Shown here: piece by piece, positions 27,425-41,996 of the stretch | How the letters are laid out: each line of letters starts with the position of its first letter | Position numbering within the stretch: position 1 is the stretch's first letter | From: Octopus sinensis | Taxonomy: Eukaryota | DNA: 64,000 bases | Direction of reading: 5' to 3' | Assembly: GCF_006345805.1 (NCBI RefSeq) | Contig: NC_043015.1 | Span: 24,862,001 to 24,926,000, forward strand | Program-made: the position numbers and the translations under genes | The notes under the pieces: model-generated | Seen by the model: the letters and a program-made list of their open reading frames with translations, nothing else | Database searches by the model: none | What the model was told of the DNA's origin: nothing

Positions 27425-28311
27425 TAGTTATGTTCTCTAAAGACACAAAATTTGTTTCAACACACAGATTCAAATCAAGAATCTTGCAAATCAAATACAA
27501 GAACGAAGTATATATATATTTATATGTGTGAGTGTATGTCTGTGTGTGTGTGTGTTGGTGTGTGTATGTGTGTATATATATTATGTGTATATATACATAT
27601 ATATGTGTATGTGAATACACATATGTACGTATTTCATAAATATAATTTAATTAAATCAAAATGAAACAAACTGATGAGGTGTGAAATGGTCTAAAATATT
27701 CTAATATAAATAATATTGATTCATGCAAATAAAAGTTGGTACATTTCAGGTATATGATATTGTAAAGTGTTAAGTATACTAAAAAGGATGAAAAGAAAAA
27801 TGTTACAATAGGGGAGTGGAAGGGGCCTTATTTCATTTTATCTTTTATATATATATAGTCTTTGCCTAAACACTCTACTTTAGCTAAATACATTACCATT
27901 TCTATAAATGAGAAAATAAATGATCAACAATGGAACTGTACGAACTAATCATCGACTGCAAATTTAGCACAACATTTATGTACATTAGTCTTAACACATC
28001 GAATGCATAATTCATTGTAAAATTCATTAGGAATAAAGTAAAAAAAAAACACAAATGGTAATTCTTTACAATAGACATAACTCCATTTGAGGTGATTTAA
28101 ACTGCAGGTTTTTACCGGCAGTACAGCCAGAAAATTAATAAGGTTTATAACAAAGAAGAAACATCTAAAGGAACAGATGCTACTTGCCACTGGGAGTACT
28201 TCAAAATTGTCGGGGACAAGAAAAATATAAAGATATATGAAATAGATAGAGAAGTAGTGCAAGAGAATGACCATTATTTTATTTTTTTAATATTTTGCAT
28301 GTTTTGTTTGT

Positions 28312-28605
28312 GGAGGCACATGGTCTAGTGGTCAGAGAAGTGAACTTGTGGCTGAGGGATTGTGGGTTCGAATCTCAGACTGGGCAATGTGTATGTTTTT
28401 GACCTTGGCTTTGGCAGAAGGTAATGGCAAACTTTTGCTAACTCTTTTGCTACAACTTTCTCTCACTTTTTCCTCCTCCTGCATCTAGCAGCTCAACTGC
28501 AATGGACCAACATCCCATCCAGATGGGGAACATGTATGCCAATGAAACCAGGAAACTGGCCCTTCGGAGCCAGGCATGGCTTGAGAAGAAACAACAACAA
28601 CAACA
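28312..28605 (+). mobile_element. tRNA-derived SINE (CORE/MESC-like tail, (AAC)n end)
   Basis: ggaggcacatggtctagtgg...ggttcgaatctc head; cccatccagatgggg...gaaaccagg tail. Confidence 0.7.
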
Positions 28606-29149
28606 TGTTTTATTTATTTTAAATTTAAAACAGAACTTTTTTTTTTATATATTAGATTAGATTTAAAAGTATATTAATTTTTTGTTTTTGTTTTTGCAGA
28701 GTTGCAATTCAACCGAACATGAAGAAAAGACAAACAAACAAAAAATGGTAGAATTACCAGATTCAGAAGTGCAAAGAAAGTAAACTTTTTTTTTTTTTTT
28801 TACTTTTTGGGTTTCATTTCTGTTTGGTTTGTGGCATATGAAATGTGAAATATCAGCAAAGATAATCATCTTACGATTGCTGAAGAATTGAGAAGAATTG
28901 TTAAAATCAGTCCAATCTCTAATATATCAAAGTATGACATTTTTGATTGAATAAAAATCTAATCAACAGCAAAAAAAAAACAATATTATACACACACATA
29001 TAAAATATAGAGAGTGATAAGAGAGACAGTAAGAGAGATGAAATATATATGTTTGTATGTAGGTGTATGATAAAAACATATGATTCAGATATAGGATATA
29101 CATAGATATATATGATATATATATGTGTGTGTGTGTGTAAATAAACACA

Positions 29150-29204
29150 CATATGTATATATCTTATTTGCATATATGTGAGATATATGTGTGTATGCGT
29201 GTAT

Positions 29205-29255
<51 letters not shown>

Positions 29256-29416
29256 ATTTATTTATATATATTTATTTATATATATATATACATATATATA
29301 TACACATATACACAGATATATATATACATATACACATATATATATATACATATACATATATATATATACATATACATACATATATATATATACATATAAT
29401 ACATATATATATACAT

Positions 29417-29449
<33 letters not shown>

Positions 29450-29558
29450 GAAAAAATTACTATATATACATACATACACACACCTATGTGTGGTGTATAT
29501 ATATATATATATATATATACATACACACATAGGTGTGTGTATGTATGTATATATAGTA

Positions 29559-29592
<34 letters not shown>

Positions 29593-29742
29593 ATGTATAT
29601 ATATATGTATGTATATGTATATATATATATGTATGTATATGTATATATATATATGTATATGTATATATATATATGTGTATATGTATATATATATCAGTGT
29701 ATATGTGTATATATATATGTATATATATATATATATATATAC
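29150..29742. repeat. Long compound (TA)n/(TATG)n/(CA)n microsatellite, representative of dozens in the window
   Basis: Direct reading; source of the spurious YI/IY ORFs. Confidence 0.95.
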
Positions 29743-30606
29743 ATCAAGCAGGAAAGTTCACCAAATGCTAAATTCCTGCTTGTCACATGCATATCATATC
29801 AAACTGTCAAGTCCATAAAGGAAGCAGTAAGTTATAACAATAACATGGGGGTGAGGGGAGTGGGAAGAACGTAGGGAGTGGGGGTAGGGTTAAGCAGAGA
29901 TAAAGTAGCAGTGAGTTGCACAGCAGCATTGACACCAGCAGCAGTATCAGTATCAGTGGTTGTTTTAATCAGATTAAAAACAATCAGCTGCCTTTTCACT
30001 AAAGCTACCTTTCACTCAGTGGAAACAAAACAAACCAAAACTATATTTTCAAAGAATTAATCCTGAAAATTTTATTACACATATGACATTTAAAAAAAAA
30101 AAAAAAAAAATTAAAATACAAATAATAAATAAATAATGAATGATACCAAAGTCAATATACAAACATTAGAGACAAAAACTAGGAAAGACGCCAGAAACAC
30201 AGCCCAAATCATATTTTACAGTTGCTCCACCGACCCAGATTGTCTGAATTTATTATTAAATTTCAGATTCGTTTCCTGTATTATCTCTGATGTTGAATAT
30301 TTGCATTTTTCAGTGTCTACTTCGTTTGTTTCTAAGCAGATTTCCCACATGATTTCAGAATTAAGTTAAATCATTTGTACCTAGTCACAGGTGAATGATT
30401 ACAGATAGGCATGTAAATATATATATATATAATATATATATATATATATAATATTATATATATACTATATATATAGTATATATATGTATGTATGTATTAT
30501 GTATGTATGTATTATGTATGTATGTATGTATGTATGTATGTATGTATGTATGCATGCATTTATCATACATTATATATATATATTTAAACAGACAGGCATA
30601 TATACA

Positions 30607-30669
<63 letters not shown>

Positions 30670-31449
30670 CATATCTTGTATGTATGTAATGTATATATAT
30701 AAACAGATTGGCATATAAACATGTTCATATGTTCATTCATATATCTATATATGCAAGCAATGAAAGACTAAAGTGAGTACTCTCTATGCAGGTTTATGTT
30801 TGTATGGTTTGTGTGTGCATGCGTGCATGTGTGTGTGTGCACGCGTGCGTGTGTGTATGTGTGTGTGAGAGAATATGTATTATTCATGTTTTATTCATTT
30901 TTTTTAATAATACTTATAATTCAATTACTATCTTTAATCGAAAATCCATATCAAATCCATATTGATGTTTCTTGAACTTGTTAACATTTTAACTTAATCA
31001 TTTTTGAGTTTTGTTTAGTTATTTGTTTTATGCTTTTGACTTTTTCTCCCTGAGAAAACTTGCAATATTTTCCCAAATGAAGCAAACACTTGGTAATAAT
31101 TATTGAGATGTTTGCACAGAAATTTTAGACATCTCATCCAGGATACTAATAATTATGATGGTAAAGGGAAATGCTTATACATGTATTTATGTGGTGTATG
31201 GCCATGGAGAGAATGTTATACTAATCAGTTAAGTCCCAACAGATATGTGTTTTTAAAACAATTATGAAAATAGAACAAAGAGGTTTCATTGCAATCTTCT
31301 GTGGAAACATGTCTGGCCATTTGGGAAACATTACCTTTGCTTGAAACCAGGTGAGGGTTGGTAACAGGAAGGGCGTCCTACCATTGTGAATCTGCTTCAA
31401 TGAATTCTTTCTGACCCAAGCAAGCATGGATAAGTGGATATCAAATGAT

Positions 31450-31672
31450 GATATATATCCTTTTCTACTTTAGGCACGAGACCCGAAATTTTGGAGGATG
31501 GGGGCTAGTTGATTATATTGACCCCAGTATGCAACTGGTACTTAATTTATTGACCCGAAAGGACACAAGGCAAAGCCAACCTTGGCAAAATTTGCACTCA
31601 GAATGTAAAGACAGACGAAATATCGTTCAGCATTTCACCCAGCATACTAACATTTGTGCCAGCTCCGCACTC
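31450..31672 (-). mobile_element. SINE family B
   Basis: Reverse complement of the family B head and body. Confidence 0.7.
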
Positions 31673-31953
31673 CACCATTTTATGATGATGATAAATATTT
31701 TGATGCCTATTGACAAACATTCCCCAGAAACACATTTATAAATGTATAACTATATATGTATATATGATGCCTTTATAGCATTTATATAGTTAATGCATTC
31801 ATATATATGTATGCATGCATGTATGTTTGTGTGTATGGGTATGCATAGCCACAGACATGACTGTCATGGTAACAATTTGTTTCTGAACCACATGGTCTCA
31901 AGGTCAATCCCACTGGGAAGCACTTTGTTCAATTGTGTTACATGGAAGTTCCT

Positions 31954-31996
<43 letters not shown>

Positions 31997-32288
31997 CATC
32001 ATCATCATCGTTTAGCATCCGTTTTCCATGCTAGCGAGGGTTATATATATATATATATGCACATACATACATGCACTCTATTTAGTCTTATCCCAGAAAA
32101 TGAATCTCTCTCTCTCTCTGCTTCTCAACCACATGGTTCAGTCTCACTGTGACACCTTGGGCAAGTGCTTTCTGTTATAGCCTTGGGCTGACTGAAGCCT
32201 TGTGATTGAATTTGGTAGATGAAAGTTCCCATCATGTGTTTACATGTGTGTGCAAGTGCTTATGCCTCCTAACAGAGGAGGGAAGGGG

Positions 32289-32384
<96 letters not shown>

Positions 32385-34131
32385 TCACATTTAATTTAAT
32401 GCTTAAGTCTTCTGAATGCAGAGTTTTAAAATCCACAATTTCAATTAATCCACCACAGAAAAAAAACAACAAAAGTGTAATGCTATTAATTAAAGGACTT
32501 TTTCTATTTGAGAAAAGGAAAAGAAATGTGAAAATTCAAATTTGAAGTCTTAGATATGTCTCATGAATTCAAAAGATAAAATAGAATAAGCTCTTCTAAT
32601 CTATAAAATATATTTAAACTGATATGAATTACAATTTTGCATTTGATAATTGATAATTGTTTTATTCCCCCCCCTCCCCATACACAGTAGCTTGCAGGTA
32701 AATCCTTGTGAGATGATATCACTGAAAACACACCCCACTTCTTAAAAGAAGATTACAGAAAGCTGAATTAATTATCATTTAACAGTTTAAGTTAATTATC
32801 ACATTAGAAGAGAAATCTTCAAGGCAAAACTGGAATTTTCTGCAAAGATAATGCTTAATTAACCTGTAAAATATTCCAATCAGGCTTCATATTCTTTACC
32901 ATTTTATAATTAAAATGAAACCCAAAGTTTTCCAACAACAAAATGCATGTGTTATTAAAGAGAGATATTTCAATTAGTAAATTTCTAGCATTAAAAAAAA
33001 AAAATTGTTGTTTTAATCACACTTTTATGATATTAACTTAAAAAGAAAAAAATGGAATCATTTTCATGTAACTAACAGCATAACCTCTATGATCATTAAC
33101 TGTTTGATAGGTCAGGAGTTCAAATCCTGTTAAAGGGGTTTTTTTCATTACATGAAACAACATTGTCATATATATGTATATATTTAAAAATCTTTATTCT
33201 TGAGAAAACCTGGAAAATTTTCCCAGATGAAGCAAATACTTGGTAATAACTATTAATTGAAATGTTTGTACAGAAAATTTAGACATTTCATCCAGTATAT
33301 TAATAAATTTGATGGCAAAGAAAAATGCTTATACATGTATTTATGTGGCTTTGAGTCCCAGTGGCTCTCAGTTTTAACAGAAGTATTATGAAAATAGAAC
33401 AAAGAAGTTCTATGAAAACATACCTGGCCATTTGGGAAATATCATTTTGCTTGGAATCAGGTGAAGGTTGACAACAAGAAGGGCATCCAGCCATAGTACA
33501 TCTATAAAACTTATTTTAACTTACCATCAGTGAGATATCCTTTGCATGGACAGTCAATCTGCTAAAAATGGCAGTTACTCCACCCTCAACTAATACTCTA
33601 TTGTCTTTAAAATGGAATAAATATAGAAAACTTCTGAATATTGTTATACTCAGTCAAAGATGACCAGATACTAAACAGAACTACTACCACCATTACCATC
33701 ACCACCTTCAAAAGCAGCAGCAATAACAAGACTGAAATTTTAGCTGACTTGAGATATTCAGTGGGATTGCGCCATCTGCTAGAAATATCTACTAAATTTC
33801 CTGGAGATTACATTCTATAAATTCAAAACTCTAAGAAAGGTAAATTTAGACAATAATCTGCTAAATACATTGTTTATGAAAGAACATAGGCTATATTATC
33901 ACATGTGGAATTTTGGCAATCAAATGTCTGCTAGAAGCAACAACATGACTCAACTTCAATCGGGAGAAGACATGGCTAAACAGAACATTTTGGAGAAGGA
34001 AATAAAACCTTCAGCTCTAGAAGTGTTAATATCGATACCTTCTACCTTATTTTTATTATATATTCAAGAGTGATAGAATATGTGATTGGATCAACCCTAG
34101 AAATTGTAAAATAGTTAGGTAAGCTTTAGAA

Positions 34132-34824
34132 TTTTCAAAGACCAATTCAATACTGGAAATATTGAAGTTGCATTTGAACTCTCATCATGGAAGAACACAC
34201 CCAAGAGTGCTAGGATTCATTCACTTGATACCCACTTACAGAAATTACAGTGTACAAAAGAGAATGAAGATAATCCCAAATATATAAGATGAAGTTCAAA
34301 AATTAAAATGGAAACTACGAAATTTTTTTGTTGCACAAATCCAAAACTTACACACTAAAAACGGAGAGGCTTTTATGAAGTTGCTTGTCTTGATGTAAAT
34401 AACAGTCAAATTTCAAACACACTTCCTATCATATGTTATGTTCCTGCAAAAAGTGAGAGTAGTGAAATTACTAACTAGAATACTAACATATACTAACAGG
34501 AGTATCAATATATTGCATAATTAAAAGTTAACAATTTAAGGCAAGAGAATGATTGGCTTAAGTGACCCTAGTTCTGACTGGTAATAATTTTAATGACATA
34601 GTGTGTAAGTTTTGGATTTGTTCAACAAAACAATTTCGTAGTTTCCATTTTAATTTTTGAACGTCATCTTATATATTGGGGATTATCTTCATTCTCTTTT
34701 GTACACTGTAATTTCTTTAATTGGGTATGAAGTGGGTGACTCCTAGTGCTCTTGAGTGTGTTCTTCCATGATGAGAGTTCAAATGCAACTTCAATATTTC
34801 CAGTATTGAATTGGTCTTTGAAAA
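34132..34824. repeat. Fold-back element: about 226-bp inverted arms (34132-34357 / 34599-34824) around a unique spacer
   Basis: ttttcaaagaccaattcaatactgg... versus ...ccagtattgaattggtctttgaaaa. Confidence 0.88.
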
Positions 34825-35159
34825 AAAAAAAAAATTATCACATTAGAAGAGTTAGTTAACACTGTGGTTTGAATTTATTTAGTAGAGATTTCAGTATGTA
34901 AAAAAGAATAATTAGTCAATCACTCTACAGATTCTGTCGTTCATCATGTTAACAGGAATTACAATGATTAATTAACATTTCTGTCAGCTACCACTTAATT
35001 ATGAAATGAGAGTGGATCCTTGGCCAGTTAAGTGTACTGAGCCAATCCAGGATTATTTGATCTGTTTAAGAGAAAAGAAAAAGGTCTAATGACTTTAGCA
35101 AAGTTCAAAATTGTATAAATGTTACAAGTGAGCTGGTACTGCAATTAATAGTTAATATA

Positions 35160-36735
35160 TCATAGTCCTCCAGGCAATAACAAAGGAATTCAAGAGAGGA
35201 TGCCCCCGAGAGATTCTCTATGCAGATGACCTTACTCTAATAGCTGAAACACTATTAGAACTAGAAGAAAAATTTCAGGTGTGGAAGCAAGGATTAGAAT
35301 CAAAAGGGCCTTAGAGTCAACCTAGTTAAAACTAAAGTCTTAACAAGTAGGAAGGCAGACAAACCACAAATCAGGTAGATGGCCCTGCTCAATCTGTAGA
35401 AAAGGTGTAGGTAGAAACTCCTTAAGATGTATTCAGTGTAAGCTATGGACATTTAAGAGGTGCAGCTATACCAATGGAAGGCTAACTGGGAAGATAGATT
35501 TTGCATGTGGCAAATGCTCAGGTGCTATATACAATGAAAATGTGCAGAGAACAGCTTCTGTCCATTCCAGGGAGAAAAATAAAAAGAAGTTGATAGCTTC
35601 CATTACCTAGGAGATCAAGTCAGTAGCAGGGATATAGTTGCTAAAATAAAAATAGCCTGGGCAAAGTTAAGAGAACTCCTAACTCTGCTGGTGACAAAGG
35701 GCCTTTCACACAGAGTAAAAGGCAGACTGTATGACGCATGTGTACGAACTGCCATGCTACATGGCAGTGAAACATGGGTCGTGACTGCTGAGAACATGTG
35801 TAAACTTGCAAGGAATGAAGCCAGTATGCTCTGCGGGATGTGTAATGTCAGTGTGCATACACGACAGAGTGTAAGCACCCTGAGAGAAAAGTTGGATTTG
35901 AGAAGCATCAGATGTAGTGTGCAAGAGAGACGACTGTGCTGGTATGGTCATGTGTTGCAAATGAATGATGACAGCTGTGTGAAAAAGTGTCACACCCTAG
36001 CAGTTGAGGGAACCTGTGGAAGAGGTAGACCCATGAAAACATGGGATGAGGTGGTGAAGCATGACCTTCGAAATTGGGCCTTACTGAGGCAATGACCAGT
36101 GACTGAGACCTTTGGAAATATTCTGTGCTTGAGAAGACCTGACAAGCCAAGGGAGACCATAGCACATGGCCTATGTCAGTGGCTGTAACCAACCCACTTA
36201 TGAATACCCCTCATTCATTGGACAATGAACTTTGCTTGCAAAGACCTATTGAGGCAAGTGTAAACAAATCAAATCGCTGACATGGCCAATGACAGTACCA
36301 CCTGATTAGCACTCATACTAGTGGAATGTTAAAAGCACATCTGAGCGTGATCGTTGCCAGGGCCATGGATTAGCTCCCATGCTGGTGACATGTGAAAAGC
36401 TCCTTTCAAGCAAGATCATTACCAGCATCGTGAGAAACAACATTTGAGCATGGCCGTTGCTAGTGACGCCAGACTGGCTCCCATGCAGGTAGCACGTAAA
36501 ACCATCTTTTGAGCATGGTCGTTGCCAGAACCACCTGACTGGCCCTCGTGCCGATTGCACGTAAAAAGCACCCACTACACTCTCGGAGTGGTTGGCATTA
36601 GGAAGGACATCCAGCTGTAGAAACTTTTCCAGATCAGATTGAGCTTGGTGTAGCCTCTGGCTCACCAGTCCCCAGTCAAACCGCCCAACCCATTCTAGCA
36701 TGGAAAACGGACGTTAAATGATGATGATGATGATA
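35160..36735 (+). mobile_element. 5'-truncated RTE-family copy (copy 4)
   Basis: ORF 35691-36095 (RLYDACVRTAMLHGSETW...GRGRPMKTWDEVV), upstream YADD region, 3' UTR and (GAT)n tail. Confidence 0.9.
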
Positions 36736-38323
36736 TCAATAAAGAATAGAGAAGCCTCCAAGAACCTATAGATTCCACTGTCTCCCTTCTGACCAGAAAC
36801 ACCACTGAACACCAATAACATAAATATATATTTTACACATGGAAAAGAAAATTATTGAGAGCAACATATGAAACTCATCCACGGCCTTGCAACTTGTAGA
36901 CAAGGAAACCAAGGTGAGAAGGAAACCAATGCCCAAATGGGTTTAGAGCAATTGTAGGTATTTCTTTTGGCCAAAAGAAAGAAACACATGCATTGGTGTA
37001 CAAATGATTATGATGGTAGTCTGACAAAGATGGCTCAGCAACATCTTGAGGAATAACCTTCTGAAATGATTTTTTTTTTTTTGGTGGAGAACAAATGAAG
37101 GTGGTGCACATTAGCTCACTGCTGCAATTAAATCAGCATTACCTGAACAGGTGCGTAGTGTGCCACACATCAGGTGTATGTTAAAGGGGTCACAGAGCAA
37201 TGTGAGATGAAGTGTCTTGCTCAAGAACACAATACCCAGTTCAAGAATTGAACCCATGATATCGTGATCATGAGTGCAACACACTAACCACAAGGCCATA
37301 TATGCTCACAAATAACACATCATCAGATAGCATACTTCTATATAGGTCCCTATCTTTCCTCAATTAAAAAAAAACCCCACAAAACAGGGGACTACACACC
37401 ATAAAAGGTTGTATAGTAACCACAATTACAGAAAAGATACACAACAAAATAGAAACATCAAAATTGAAATCTGATTGCTGAGGGAACGGTTTATGGGTGC
37501 AACAGGCATCATCCATTCCATTCCTGTTTCTGCATGCCTAACCAATTCCAAATAAACCCACACACATACAACACAGAGCAGCAACACAACCAATTTCTAA
37601 AACCACTGTCAGTCCATCTCAACTCAGGCACAACAGTAATACTGTTCAAACAACAGATTTTTAACAATGGTACCAATTATTAACACAGGTACCAATCTAG
37701 CCAAGGTGAACAAAAAGAAATGAATGCAGTTTCAATATCTTCTCAAACTTTAAACATGTCACAAAGGTTAAGGGCAGAAGAACAGCTACTTTGGCTCTAT
37801 AGCAACTTGCTTGCCTCTGCTGTAGATACTTTCAGCATTTATTGGCATACAGACATAAAGCAGACAAGAGGAGAGAGACCGAGAGGGCTTGTACATGCCT
37901 GGACCCTCACACAGCAAACAAATCCACATTGCATTTTACAGTGAGCTTGATGGAGAAAATCCAGGAAATTACCCTGGGAAGATGTAACTGTGGGTTAGCC
38001 TTGTTTGTTTGATACATGACTTGGGTGCTAGGGATAACTCAGGTAAAGAAAACCCCAAAAACAATCTTGTGGCCATATTGTGATTCCATTCGCTGGCCAG
38101 GATGTGCAACAGAAAATGGAAAAGTTTTCAATGTAGAAATCAATTAAGCACATTCTATGGCATCAACATGCAGCAGATTCTAGTCAGTTCAAAAAAATTC
38201 TATATCCATGTGTATGTATATATATATATGTGTATATATATATATATACACACACACACACTTGGAAATGGATGCAACTAAACAATATAGATAATATATA
38301 CACATGTATATACACACAAATAC

Positions 38324-38360
<37 letters not shown>

Positions 38361-38532
38361 ATATATATATGCATAAATAAACAGACACACACACACATAA
38401 ATATGACCAGCCTTCAACTTTTTCTGACTAAAAGGGGTTTTCATCCTAACATTTATATGATATTCTCTATAGCTTTATGTATATGTGCTTCGAGACATTT
38501 TGAAATGTAATATATATATATACATGCAAATA

Positions 38533-38590
<58 letters not shown>

Positions 38591-38596
<6 letters not shown>

Positions 38597-38836
38597 CAAA
38601 ATAAGCAGGTTTAAAATGTTGAGCAATCATCAGCCATTTATAGAGGTTTTTCATTAATACATATTTTCATAAAAGTTAATATGAAAATATGTATTAATGG
38701 AAAACCTCTATAAATGGCTGATGATTGCTCAACATTTTAAAACTGCTGTAATACTTACAATGTTTAATAAAATGATGTAGCGTGAAATGATCATACCAAA
38801 TTACCGAAGATATTCTTGTTGCTTATTTTGATTATA
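38591..38836. repeat. Nested inverted repeat: 67-bp hairpin (38605-38746) inside a 17-bp outer inverted repeat
   Basis: gcaggtttaaaatgttgagcaatcatcagcc... / ...ggctgatgattgctcaacattttaaaactgc; outer tataatcaaaataagca / tgcttattttgattata. Confidence 0.85.
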
Positions 38837-38972
38837 ATCACCACATGGATTTATATGGATAGCACCATACAAAATTCTGGTGCATCTAACTTGAGTATCA
38901 TATTCATTTGAATTTAAATTTTGCTGATCTTATATACATATGTATATATATATATGTATATATATATATAAT

Positions 38973-39045
<73 letters not shown>

Positions 39046-39390
39046 ATATATATATGTATGTATATATGTATCTGTTTACAGACAGACATACACACACACA
39101 CACACAAATATATATATATATACAGGGAGAGAGAGAGAGAGAGAGGAATAACTGAGTAAGAGAAGGAGAAAAAGGAAGAGAGAAACTGATCTCTGAAGGT
39201 TGCTCTTTCAACAAGAGTGATATCAAGATAGAATCGACAAGATGTAGGTTTGAACACATTTGTTGAGATGCCAGTAGAATAGGAAAATGCAAAAAGAGAG
39301 AGCAAATGAGTAGGAGAGAGTAAAAGAGAAAGAGAGTGAGTGAAAAAGAAAGAGGGAGAGAGAGTGAAATAAAGTGAGTGAAAGGGAGAA

Positions 39391-39426
<36 letters not shown>

Positions 39427-40649
39427 GGTAGTGAGTCAAAGAGAGAATTCACTTATTCAACAATGGTTGTAATTTTGAGAAGTGAAAACTGTAGATTCTA
39501 TTAGATTGCACGAATTCCATGCATGGTTTTCTTTATTGCAGTCGCAGGTGGGGGGGGGGGGCTTTGAGATGTAATAATCCAATAGTGGATTCACTTGAGA
39601 TTTCAACAAGATTAAAGTTGCTGGAGGAAGCCCAAACTAATGTCAAACTCAAGATGGAAAAATTCCTGCCTTTCACAACAACATGTAACCATGCTACGCC
39701 GATGAGAGAAACGTTACCAAAGGAAATTGTCAGAAGTAAATTGCGTCGAGATTTTTAAATAAGAATATTTATCTTTAGATTGACAAACTCTTCATTTTTC
39801 ACTTTGAAGTTGTTCTTCATGTGTCTATGTATGTATGTGGGTATAGGTGAGTATGGATGGTGTGTTGATATATATATATATATATATATACACGTATATA
39901 AGTACATACATACACACAACTGCACATATACATATACAATATCAAACTGTCAATGTTTTATGACATCATTCAAAGTGATAAACAAAATGCCTCTCAAATA
40001 AAAAGCCATGTTTACAATTAACAACAAAACATATTTGTCAGAGTCTAAGTCTTTGAAATTCCCTTGTACTACACAATTAAAGTTTCCTTGATGCTGGTAA
40101 AATCACACAGTTCTTCTCTCCTAAATATTTCTTCAAACCTGAAACAAATCACTTGAATGGCATTGTGTTAAGCAACCTAATCACAGTTTAGTAGTTCTAA
40201 CCTATGGAATGAAGTTTATTCTTTCGGGAATCAAAAAAGAAGATTCCTTTTATTCTACGTTACTCCAGTTTGCTTCACTCTTTTAGTTATAGACATTACA
40301 CGATTGGATTTCTTGCACCTCCTAGTATTCCGTTATAGTATCCATATAATAATACAGGTTTCTGATTTAGGCACAATTCCATCGACTTTCTGGGTGAGGG
40401 GGAGTAGTACATGACTATGAGAGAGATGAGAGGCAAAGTTGCCCTTGGCAGGTTCTGAACTCAGAATGTAAAAGAATTGGAACTTGCCCCATGTAGTAAC
40501 AGCGTTGTATACAATGATGAAGTGTTTACATCATCATGCACTTACAATCTGATCATTGACAAAATAAATTAGGATCTCTTCTTCCTCTTCTCCATCATCA
40601 TCACCACCACCACCATCACCATCATTATCATCATATTCATCCTCATCAT

Positions 40650-41045
40650 TATTAAGGTTGTATGCTGGTAGAATCGTTATCTTAATGGCATTTCATGTCT
40701 TTACATTCTGAGTTCAAATGCCACCAAGGTCGACTTTACCTTTCAGCCTTTTGAGGTTGATAACATTAAGGTCCATGCAATCAACTAGCACCCTTCCACC
40801 AAAAAATTTCAGGCATTGTGACAATATTAAAAGGAACTATTAAGGTGTAGAACTGGCAGGGCCATTATAGTGTTGGACAAAATGTTTGGTGGCATTTTAT
40901 TCAGTTCTTTACATTCTCAGTTCAAATGACATTGAAGTCGACTTTGTCCTTTATCCTTCTGGGATTAATATAATTAATCCTAATCAAATACTGAGGTACT
41001 AATCCATTCCCATAAAATTACTGGCCCTGTGCCAAGATTTGAAAC
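40650..41045 (+). mobile_element. Two head-to-tail decayed family B SINEs
   Basis: Repeated ttaaggt...ctggcag...ttcaaatg...gtcgactttt units. Confidence 0.65.
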
Positions 41046-41408
41046 CATTTTTAATATTCAACATTCTACACACTGAATTTTAAACCATTAAACAACTTCC
41101 ACAATCTGGAACCTTGGGTGGCAGAGGCTGTGAAAATATGGAAACTTAAGTTCATATGATTTGGACAGTACTGAAGAAAATGGGACACATTGGGAAAAAA
41201 AGACCTCACATCATATAGATATTTTCTCCCTTGAAGGAAAGTGAACTTTGAGGGGCCAGAGTGATTATAGAGCCAAATGTTCAGAGCACGAGCAAAGTTA
41301 AACAGGAAAAAGACACAACTAATGACTAGATGCTGTTTTGGAAAGGATATCACCAACACAGAAAACCCAGATGTACAGATGATGATGATGATATACATAT
41401 ATATGTGA

Positions 41409-41451
<43 letters not shown>

Positions 41452-41996
41452 TACTGTTAACAAAAGTCAGGATATGTGGCATTCACTTACTCAATAAATG
41501 AATAAATGCATTAAATACTACAAGATGTACATGTAGGACAGACACAGGAGGATCCTAATTCTTCATCAGTTATTGACCCGAAAAGTATAAAAATGGTTAT
41601 GGCATATAACTGTTGATGATGTTGCTGTCAGTTTTGTACCAATTTTGGCACTTGGCACAACTAACAACTCTTCTCTATAGGGCTGTCAGTAATGTGAAGT
41701 GCAATAGTTAGTGTGAAACCAATGGTAACATTATGATCAGTTACGTACTACAACAAGCAACATATAGTACACAATGATATACAAAAATATAATAGGTCTT
41801 TTACTCGTTTTGAATGGGATTTTTTATCTGACCTATATGTATATAAGTCATGCAAAAATATATAATAAAAGAAGGAAAATGTACACAGTTTATATAGTTT
41901 TAATATATTTCAAATGGTAGAGTATTGTGATAGTCGACTGGTCTCACATTTTGCTACTCACTGACATTATAATTATTGCAATTATTGTATATATGT

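Noticed and set aside
27672-27700. Isolated CTGATGA motifs (also near 844, 47277, 49032, 57511, 62578)
   Set aside because: No paired stem II followed by GAAA and a cleavage triplet; expected by chance or as fragments.
29153-29874. Long YI/IY/VC-rich ORFs here and throughout the ORF track
   Set aside because: Translations of (TA)n, (CA)n and (TG)n microsatellites, which lack stop codons in most frames.
37720-38180. Higher-GC unique stretch with several short ORFs
   Set aside because: All frames are interrupted by stops; no recognisable domain or splice pair.
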